A DNA stretch of 33,749 nt, taken from the NCBI GenBank assembly GCA_036447315.1, contig JAZFUS010000348.1, positions 1 to 33,749 of the forward strand. The letters run 5' to 3'. The notes below the pieces were generated by a model. That model was not told where the DNA came from. It was given only the letters and a program-made list of their open reading frames with translations, and ran no database searches. Positions within the stretch are counted from its first letter, which is position 1. Every line of letters begins with the position of its first letter. The translations under genes and the position numbers were made by a program. Of the stretch, positions 1-5,418 are shown in pieces. This DNA is from Dehalococcoidia bacterium (GTDB lineage: Bacteria; Chloroflexota; Dehalococcoidia; JACVQG01; JAZFUS01).

Positions 1-1
1 G

Positions 2-106
2 TGGTTCAACCCCTGCGGCGTCCGGACTGGCCGGATGCAGAACGGCCACCCCCGCGACAAGTACGGCAGCATCGTGATCGAGAAGGCCGAGCAGGTCGCA
101 GCGTAG
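2..106 (+). CDS. 3' end of an upstream gene, function unknown (partial at window edge)
   Basis: Frame 2 is open from the window edge to TAG 104-106 (...RDKYGSIVIEKAEQVAA*). Third codon positions are G/C-rich. It is too short for the ORF track and is followed by a GC hairpin. Confidence 0.3.
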   Translation, partial: WFNPCGVRTGRMQNGHPRDKYGSIVIEKAEQVAA

Positions 107-112
107 AACCCA

Positions 113-137
113 GGGGGGCCCCAGCCCGGGGCCCCCC
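113..137 (+). terminator. GC-only stem-loop, putative intrinsic terminator without U-tract
   Basis: GGGGGGCCCC (113-122) pairs with GGGGCCCCCC (128-137) around a 5-nt loop. It lies directly after the stop at 104-106. No T-run follows, so terminator function is inferred. Confidence 0.4.
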
Positions 138-160
138 ACCACCACCAGGAGGACACGACC

Positions 161-415
161 ATGACCTACGCCAATTTCGAAGAACAAGAACGGGCCGACG
201 CCGAGCGGGAAGCTGACCAGGAAGGCGAGCGCCTGCGCCTGGCCCGGCAACCTGGGCGTCATGACCGCCTGGCAGGCCTGGAGGCCGAGACCCTGCGCCG
301 GGCGGCCATGACCCAGGACGCCAGGGACGTCGAGGACGCCCAGGCTGACAGCCTGTGGCGGCTGCAGCACAGCAGACGGTGGCAGGACCTGGGCCTGCCT
401 GGTGGTGGGTCATGA
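161..415 (+). CDS. hypothetical protein (84 aa, charged and helical-looking)
   Basis: SD AGGAGGA sits about 7 nt upstream of ATG 161. The stop overlaps the next start (ATGA at 412-415). Composition looks like a real protein. Confidence 0.7.
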   Translation: MTYANFEEQERADAEREADQEGERLRLARQPGRHDRLAGLEAETLRRAAMTQDARDVEDAQADSLWRLQHSRRWQDLGLPGGGS

Positions 416-708
416 TCCGGCGGACTGGCGGAGTCCGCCGGAAGGACTGCGTCCAGGGCGAGGACTACCTGAAGGCCCTGGAGCGCCTGGCCCAGGAGGC
501 CGGGGCCCGCCTGGACGTCCTGGACCCGGTCGAGGACCAGGGGCCCACCAGGCTGGGGGCGGTCCTCCAGTTCAAGGACGGGATCAGCAGGGAGCTGGCC
601 GAGGGTGTCCTGCAGCAGCTGGTGGACTGGGGCCTGATCCACCACGGGGCCACCCCCGTCCACGAGTACAACCCGGAACACGGGGGCCCGGCCTGGTACA
701 TCCCCTGA
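412..708 (+). CDS. hypothetical protein (98 aa)
   Basis: ATG 412 lies in an ATGA overlap with the upstream stop. The part of track ORF 355-708 upstream of 412 is low-complexity. The stop overlaps the next start (TGATG 706-710). Confidence 0.7.
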   Translation: MIRRTGGVRRKDCVQGEDYLKALERLAQEAGARLDVLDPVEDQGPTRLGAVLQFKDGISRELAEGVLQQLVDWGLIHHGATPVHEYNPEHGGPAWYIP

Positions 709-1172
709 TGGCCAGGAACCCCAGGGTCACCATCAAGATCGAGGGCCTGGAGCGGATGTCCAAGGCCATCCGGATGGCAGGGCCCGCCATCCACCGGGCA
801 GTCCAGGACGCCATCCGGGCAGCTGGTGCCCAGGCAGTGGCGGAGGCCACCCTGGCCGACGCCCTGGACCGGAAGGTCGAGCCCGTCGAGCTGTCCGCCG
901 AGGACGTGGCGTTCCAGCAGATCAGGGAATTCCAGGAGAACGAGATCCGGCGGCAGTGCGGGGTCCCCGAGGGGATCAGCACCCTGGCGGCGGCCATCCG
1001 GTTCAAGCCCGGCATCGGGTTCACGACGGCCTACGAGATCCTGCACGAGCTGAACCGGATGGGGGTCCTGGAGGGGATCAGCCCCAGGGACGTGGAACGC
1101 TACGACCCCAGGCAGGGGGCGGTCCTGGCCCAGCAGGGCTGCAACCTGTGCAGCCCCACCCTGGGCATCTGA
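708..1172 (+). CDS. hypothetical protein (154 aa)
   Basis: ATG 708 is coupled to the upstream stop. Only the C-terminal part of track ORF 402-1172 (MARNPRVTIKIEGLERMSKAIR...) looks like real protein. Stop is TGA 1170-1172. Confidence 0.7.
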   Translation: MARNPRVTIKIEGLERMSKAIRMAGPAIHRAVQDAIRAAGAQAVAEATLADALDRKVEPVELSAEDVAFQQIREFQENEIRRQCGVPEGISTLAAAIRFKPGIGFTTAYEILHELNRMGVLEGISPRDVERYDPRQGAVLAQQGCNLCSPTLGI

Positions 1173-1174
1173 CA

Positions 1175-1290
1175 CCAGAAAGCCCCAGGAAGCAGCCCCT
1201 GGAAATAAACGCAAATAGGCCTTGCACAATCCAGCGGGTGGGTGTAGATTATGGGTGTCATGAGGCAGCACACAACCACCACGGAGTCCA
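1175..1290 (+). promoter_or_regulatory. promoter+leader repeat, copy 1
   Basis: A-tract AAATAAACGCAAATAGGCC is followed by -35 TTGCAC 1222-1227, a 17-nt spacer and -10 TAGATT 1245-1250. The invariant TGTCATGAGGCAG lies at 1256-1268, then a CA-rich leader and SD GGAG 1283-1286. The unit aligns with the four other copies. Confidence 0.7.
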
Positions 1291-1292
1291 AA

Positions 1293-1532
1293 GTGACCAA
1301 CGCCCAAATGAAAGCCCTGATCAACGTGGCCGACCTGGCAGTCCGGAACATGCCCTCCTGCACGTCCGCCAAGGGCTGCACCCTGAACGGCACCACCGTC
1401 CGGTCCAGCACCGCCGAATGTCTACAGCGCCAGGGCCTGGTGGTCCTGTCCAACCGGGAAGGCACCGACCTGCGGGACGTGGTCCTGACGTTCAACGGCT
1501 GGGACGCGGTCTGCACCGAGCGGGGATGGTAA
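1293..1532 (+). CDS. hypothetical small protein (cargo of repeat copy 1)
   Basis: GTG 1293 lies 6 nt after SD GGAG. In-frame alternative starts are ATG 1260 (leader AUG), ATG 1251 and ATG 1308. Stop is TAA 1530-1532. Confidence 0.65.
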   Translation: MTNAQMKALINVADLAVRNMPSCTSAKGCTLNGTTVRSSTAECLQRQGLVVLSNREGTDLRDVVLTFNGWDAVCTERGW

Positions 1533-1669
1533 TGACCAAGGCGGAACGGCTGACCCGTGCCATAGACCGGATCCTGGACGACCGCTACAACCGGCGGACA
1601 GACGACCGGGACGTCTGGCTGGACGACGAGGCCTACCAGAAAGCCCCGGAACCCAGCCCCTCAAAATAA
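1532..1669 (+). CDS. hypothetical 45-aa protein
   Basis: ATG 1532 overlaps the preceding stop (TAATG). The peptide is MTKAERLTRAIDRILDDRYNRRTDDRDVWLDDEAYQKAPEPSPSK. Its last codons are encoded by the 5' part of repeat copy 2, so it may be spurious. Confidence 0.4.
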   Translation: MTKAERLTRAIDRILDDRYNRRTDDRDVWLDDEAYQKAPEPSPSK

Positions 1670-1753
1670 ACGCAAGAAGCCCTTGCACAATCCAAGGGTC
1701 CGGTGTATATTCTAGGTGTCATGAGGCAGTCAACAACAACCCCGGAGGAAAGC
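1636..1753 (+). promoter_or_regulatory. promoter+leader repeat, copy 2
   Basis: -35 TTGCAC 1683-1688, 17-nt spacer, -10 TATATT 1706-1711. Invariant TGTCATGAGGCAG follows, with its ATG at 1721. SD GGAGGA lies at 1744-1749 ahead of ATG 1754. Confidence 0.7.
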
Positions 1754-2218
1754 ATGAACACGACAACCGACCTGAACATCGAGCCCGGCGACACCCTGCT
1801 GGTGACGTTCGGCCAGGGCACCCAGCTGTTCCGCGTGACCGAGGTCAGCGGCAGGGGCAAGCCCTGGGGATTCCGCTGGAACGCAAGCCGGGGCAGCTGG
1901 CAGCCTTCCAGCCTGGGAGCCAACGACCGGCGCGTAGTCCGGAACTGTGGCAAGTGCGACGGGTTCCCCCAGGAGACCGTCAGCGGCGCGAACCCCACCA
2001 AGGCCCTCCCGGCCTGGATCCGGATCCAGACCGTCACCGCCCAGGAGCTGCGGACCCCGACCAGCTGCTGCCACCCCACCGTCACCACCGTCAGCCAGCA
2101 GGCCTGGCCCCTGGACCAGCTGTCCGGAGTGACCGCGACGGTGGCCCGCATGAACAAGCTGGAGGACAAGACCTGGAAGGCAGGACGCAAGGCCCACAGC
2201 CTGGTGGTGGGCGACTAG
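1754..2218 (+). CDS. hypothetical protein (154 aa, cargo of repeat copy 2)
   Basis: ATG 1754 lies 4 nt after GGAGGA. The in-frame leader AUG is at 1721. Stop is TAG 2216-2218, followed by a GC hairpin. Confidence 0.7.
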   Translation: MNTTTDLNIEPGDTLLVTFGQGTQLFRVTEVSGRGKPWGFRWNASRGSWQPSSLGANDRRVVRNCGKCDGFPQETVSGANPTKALPAWIRIQTVTAQELRTPTSCCHPTVTTVSQQAWPLDQLSGVTATVARMNKLEDKTWKAGRKAHSLVVGD

Positions 2219-2242
2219 CCCGACCTGGCAGCCTGGAACCTG

Positions 2243-2264
2243 GGGGGCCCCATCGGGGGCCCCT
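2243..2264 (+). terminator. GC-only stem-loop (GGGGCCCC / GGGGCCCC)
   Basis: GGGGCCCC 2244-2251 pairs with GGGGCCCC 2256-2263. It lies between the stop at 2218 and repeat copy 3. The following sequence is TCTTGCGTT, which is only weakly T-rich. Confidence 0.4.
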
Positions 2265-2272
2265 CTTGCGTT

Positions 2273-2389
2273 AAAGCCCCAGGAAACAGCCCCTTAAAAT
2301 AAACGCAAAAAGCCCTTGCACTATCAGGCCAGGGGGTGTAGATTATGGGTGTCATGAGGCAGCAAACAAACAACCACCCGGAGGACGAC
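2273..2389 (+). promoter_or_regulatory. promoter+leader repeat, copy 3
   Basis: -35 TTGCAC 2316-2321, 17-nt spacer, -10 TAGATT 2339-2344. The invariant 13-mer follows, with its ATG at 2354. SD GGAGGA lies at 2380-2385 ahead of ATG 2390. Confidence 0.7.
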
Positions 2390-3157
2390 ATGAAAAAGGG
2401 AAACATCGACTGGAACGCCGTGGCCGAGAAAGCCCAGGCCATGACCATCTGCCAGCTGACCGGAGCCATCCAGGACATCCGGGCCACCCTGCAGGACGCC
2501 GACGACCTGGACCGCACCGACGAGGGCGACCGGGGTGGCTACTACCGGGACGAGGCCAGCATCTACCATGCAGAGATCGCCCGGCGGGAGGCCGCCGGGG
2601 ACGTGATCGACTCCGACGAGCTGGTCCGGATCGAGGCCATGCGGGACTGCGACCAGGTGGACCGCCACCTGACGGCCATGTTCCAGCGTGGCAGCAGGGC
2701 CGACGAGCTGACCACCAGGCTGTCAGCGTTCAATTCCTTCCGGGAGCTGATCGAGGAGACACACAGCGGATACCGTCCCACCCTGAAGGGGACCGGGGAC
2801 AGCGTCGAGCTGGCCAACCTGTACGACTTCGCCATGGAGCTGCGGGGCGACAGCCGCCGGGCCTTCCGGGGCATCCAGGTCCAGGACAGCCACCAGGGGA
2901 AGGTGACCGCCGAGGACGTGGACTTCGTGATCGAGCAGGCCAAGACCGCCGAGGTCTGCACCTACAGCCCGAGCCTGGAGGACCTGGGGGTCCAGACCCC
3001 GGACGAGCTGATGGAGCAGGTCAGGACCGACATCGCGGACGCCGAGGGGCACCACGTTGACATCCTGGAGCTGGCCGAGAAGATCCTGGCGGCTGACACC
3101 CCCCAGGCGGCGGCCATCCTGGCCGGGCAGATCGCGGCCCTGGTCATGAACGACTGA
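2390..3157 (+). CDS. hypothetical acidic protein (255 aa, cargo of repeat copy 3)
   Basis: ATG 2390 lies 4 nt after GGAGGA. The protein is visibly D/E-rich throughout. Stop is TGA 3155-3157, followed by a GC hairpin. Confidence 0.75.
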   Translation: MKKGNIDWNAVAEKAQAMTICQLTGAIQDIRATLQDADDLDRTDEGDRGGYYRDEASIYHAEIARREAAGDVIDSDELVRIEAMRDCDQVDRHLTAMFQRGSRADELTTRLSAFNSFRELIEETHSGYRPTLKGTGDSVELANLYDFAMELRGDSRRAFRGIQVQDSHQGKVTAEDVDFVIEQAKTAEVCTYSPSLEDLGVQTPDELMEQVRTDIADAEGHHVDILELAEKILAADTPQAAAILAGQIAALVMND

Positions 3158-3166
3158 CACCCTGAC

Positions 3167-3190
3167 GGGGGGCCGGGCAGCTGGCCCCCC
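3167..3190 (+). terminator. GC-only stem-loop (GGGGGGCC / GGCCCCCC)
   Basis: GGGGGGCC 3167-3174 pairs with GGCCCCCC 3183-3190 around an 8-nt loop. It lies between the stop at 3157 and repeat copy 4. Confidence 0.4.
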
Positions 3191-3200
3191 TTCCTGCCCC

Positions 3201-3317
3201 CAGAATCCCCATGAAACAACCCCCTGAAAATAAACGCAAAAAGCCCTTGCACAATCCACGGGTCTGGTGTAGATTATGGGTGTCATGAGGCAGTCAACAA
3301 CAACCCCGGAGAAAAAC
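3201..3317 (+). promoter_or_regulatory. promoter+leader repeat, copy 4
   Basis: -35 TTGCAC 3247-3252, 17-nt spacer, -10 TAGATT 3270-3275. The invariant 13-mer follows, with its ATG at 3285. SD GGAG lies at 3308-3311 ahead of ATG 3318. Confidence 0.7.
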
Positions 3318-3713
3318 ATGAACACCGCCACCCCCGCCACCATCACCGAGATCACCAACGACTTCGTGACCGTCACCACCGAGGACGGCAAGGCCTACAA
3401 CCTGAACCACTACAACCTGCCCGGCCACCTGATCGACAACGGTGTCGGCACCCCGGTCACCCTGATCCAGGAGCCCGTGGCCCCCGGGTCCTACGGCATC
3501 ACCACCTGGGCCGAGTCCGCCAACTTCACCCTGGCCATGGACCACGCCGCCATGGTCAAGGCCATCAACGCAGCCCCCGGATACACCGCCGAGGAGTGCC
3601 GGGCCATCGAGAACGGGGCCGACTTTGACGACGACGGGAACGTGGTCGAGGCGCAGCTGGAGCGGGTGGTCGAGGACGGTGTCTGCTACCTGCGCCCCAA
3701 GGTGTCGGCATGA
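3318..3713 (+). CDS. hypothetical acidic protein (131 aa, cargo of repeat copy 4)
   Basis: ATG 3318 follows the SD. The in-frame leader AUG is at 3285. The stop overlaps the next start (ATGA 3710-3713). Confidence 0.75.
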   Translation: MNTATPATITEITNDFVTVTTEDGKAYNLNHYNLPGHLIDNGVGTPVTLIQEPVAPGSYGITTWAESANFTLAMDHAAMVKAINAAPGYTAEECRAIENGADFDDDGNVVEAQLERVVEDGVCYLRPKVSA

Positions 3714-3817
3714 CAGCGGCGGAAGCCAAGGCCTGGCGGGCCGTCTGGGAGAGCCTGCAGCCTGCCAGCGTGAAGTGGCTGCGGGCCTGCCGGTTCACCC
3801 CCACGGTGAAGTCATGA
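3710..3817 (+). CDS. hypothetical 35-aa protein
   Basis: It is not in the ORF track because it is under 60 aa. ATG 3710 and stop TGA 3815-3817 both lie in ATGA overlaps with neighbours. The peptide is MTAAEAKAWRAVWESLQPASVKWLRACRFTPTVKS and third positions are G/C-rich. Confidence 0.45.
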   Translation: MTAAEAKAWRAVWESLQPASVKWLRACRFTPTVKS

Positions 3818-4095
3818 CCGACCGGCGGCAAGCAGCCCGGCGGGCGGACCCCCTGGGGTGCCCCGGCCAGGACCGGCGGGTCGAGATCGAGCAGCGTCAG
3901 GCCGAGCGGCGGGACGTGGCCAGCCCCAAGCGTGGCCTGCTGATCCAGGCCAAGCGTCGGATGGCCCCGGCCCTGTGGGAGGACCTGGTCCAGTCCATGA
4001 GGTCCGAGGGCCAGGAGCTGACCGACCAGGACATCGACGGCATGGCCAAGGCCATGGCCGGGGACGAGCTGACCACCGAGGACCTGGGACTATGA
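3814..4095 (+). CDS. hypothetical protein (93 aa)
   Basis: ATG 3814 lies in an ATGA overlap. This is the C-terminal part of track ORF 3625-4095 (MTDRRQAARRADPLG...DELTTEDLGL). Stop is TGA 4093-4095. Confidence 0.65.
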   Translation: MTDRRQAARRADPLGCPGQDRRVEIEQRQAERRDVASPKRGLLIQAKRRMAPALWEDLVQSMRSEGQELTDQDIDGMAKAMAGDELTTEDLGL

Positions 4096-4312
4096 AGAAT
4101 CGCCACCCCCTTCGGGCCGTATCCTTCGGGCAGCGTGTTCCTGCCCGGCCTGACCGGCGAAGCCAGACCGAGCGGTCCTGGCCCAGGGGTGGCGGGGGTA
4201 TCCATCATCGGGACCGTGTAGCAGGACACCGGTGGCCGGGGCACCGTCAGGGGGCTGTATGAAGCCCGCCACCCCGGCACCTTCCAACGTCACCAAAATG
4301 GAGGACGAGGAC

Positions 4313-4948
4313 ATGACAGTCGGACAATCAATCCAGAGCTATCTACGCCGGATGGCCACCAAGGCCAGGCGGGGAGAGATCAAGGACGACCGGCAGCAGG
4401 TCCGGTGGGCCATCGGGTTCCGGGAACACCTGGGCAAGAAGTGGCGGGGCCGTCCCGTCGAGGACCTGGTGACCAGCCCCGAGGGCCACAAGCTGCTGGA
4501 GGGCTGGGTATTCCGGGACCGGCCCAAGCTGCACGGGGTGCCCCCGACCATCCAGACCGTCTGCGTCGAGAACGGCAAGCTGCGGGAGTGCTTCCAGCTG
4601 CCCGACCTGACCCTGGACTGGCAGCAGAAGGGCCGACCGTCCGACCCCCGGCCCAGGGTCATGGCCCTGTCCGAGCTGCTGCCCGGCAGCACCGGAGGCA
4701 AGGAGGTCGAGACCGTGGCCGGTTCCAACGGCACGGGGGTGGAGGACAATCGGAAGTTCTACCGGCGGAAGGGCGACCAGCCCGAGCTGCCCCTGGAGCG
4801 GCCCATCGACGTGGCCATCCTGGCCCTGTCCGAGCTGACCGCAGCTGTGGCCGGGTTCGCGGAGAACGTCCACCGGGTGGCTGGGTCCCTGCAGGACCAG
4901 GCCAAGATGGTCCAGGAACGCCTGGACCGGGAGCGGGGTGTCAGGTGA
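4313..4948 (+). CDS. hypothetical protein (about 211 aa)
   Basis: GGAGGA 4300-4305 lies 7 nt before ATG 4313. In-frame alternative starts are GTG 4232, ATG 4259 (after GGGGG) and ATG 4298. Codon bias is good and the stop overlaps the next start (GTGA). Confidence 0.75.
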   Translation: MTVGQSIQSYLRRMATKARRGEIKDDRQQVRWAIGFREHLGKKWRGRPVEDLVTSPEGHKLLEGWVFRDRPKLHGVPPTIQTVCVENGKLRECFQLPDLTLDWQQKGRPSDPRPRVMALSELLPGSTGGKEVETVAGSNGTGVEDNRKFYRRKGDQPELPLERPIDVAILALSELTAAVAGFAENVHRVAGSLQDQAKMVQERLDRERGVR

Positions 4949-5418
4949 CCGGACCAGGACGACCGTCCGAGACCATCAAGACCACCGAGGGGTTCCGGCG
5001 GCAGAGGATCAGGGAGGGCCTGCGGGTGACCGTGACAGCGGTGGCCCGCAGGCTGGGGATCCTGCCGTCCAGGGTCAGCCGGTGGGAGCATGGGATCCAC
5101 GCCCCCAGGGGTGACATGGGCGAGAAGTGGGACGCCGTCCTGGCCGACCTGACCCACGAGAAGCGGGACACCACTGCCAGGATCAAGGCCGAGCTGATCG
5201 ACCCCGAGACCCCGGCTGTGGCCATGGCCCGGATCCGGTCAGCCCTGGGCGTCAGTGCCCTGTCCATGTCCAGGATCATGGGGATCGACCATACGACCCT
5301 GTGGAGGTGGGAGACCGGCAGATACATCCCGGAGAACATCGACGCCTGGCGGGCAGCCCTGCTGGTGGTCTGCCTGGGCATCAGGCGGACGGCCATCAGA
5401 CACGGGGGTGTCCAGTGA
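4945..5418 (+). CDS. tandem helix-turn-helix (XRE-like) DNA-binding protein
   Basis: GTG 4945 lies in a GTGA overlap. Two XRE-type HTH signatures are present: LRVTVTAVARRLGILPSRVSRWEHG and LGVSALSMSRIMGIDHTTLWRWETGRYIP. The N-terminal part of track ORF 4405-5418 is low-complexity and overlaps the previous gene. Confidence 0.75.
   Translation: MTGPGRPSETIKTTEGFRRQRIREGLRVTVTAVARRLGILPSRVSRWEHGIHAPRGDMGEKWDAVLADLTHEKRDTTARIKAELIDPETPAVAMARIRSALGVSALSMSRIMGIDHTTLWRWETGRYIPENIDAWRAALLVVCLGIRRTAIRHGGVQ

Noticed and set aside
1175-3317. Possibility that the five repeats form a CRISPR array or a satellite or mobile-element terminal repeat set.
   Set aside because: The units are about 100 nt, are not palindromic, and are separated by 0.35-0.8 kb of protein-coding DNA. 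Each contains -35/-10 boxes and an SD aligned to a start codon. No cas genes, transposase, target-site duplications or inverted terminal repeats are visible.
161-4095. Lysogeny module (integrase, CI/Cro switch, attP) in the early region.
   Set aside because: No tyrosine or serine recombinase motifs are visible, no genes are divergently transcribed, and there is no minus-strand repressor. Lifestyle cannot be decided from this window.
4092-4262. ORF in the 3858-4262 frame (MKNRHPLRAVSFGQRVPARPDRR...) covering the non-coding gap.
   Set aside because: The translation is Arg/Gly/Pro-rich, there is no SD, and the region is better explained by repeats and hairpins. I treat it as non-coding.
4096-4312. 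tRNA or tmRNA in the intergenic gaps (4096-4312, 18510-18577, 22171-22307).
   Set aside because: No T-loop consensus (GGTTCGAATC-like), no cloverleaf-compatible arm spacing and no acceptor/CCA context were seen by eye. The hairpins fit terminator or regulatory roles better.
4405-4944. Plus-strand alternative-frame ORF extensions. Examples are 402-707, 956-1531, 4405-4944, 5127-5417, 6136-6477, 6567-7262, 8950-9354, 9813-10199, 10909-11481, 14858-15946, 21201-21923, 26971-27732 and 31581-32639.
   Set aside because: The translations are Arg/Pro/Gly-rich and overlap better-supported genes out of frame. In each case the real gene starts at a downstream ATG or GTG that is coupled to the upstream stop (ATGA, GTGA or TGATG).
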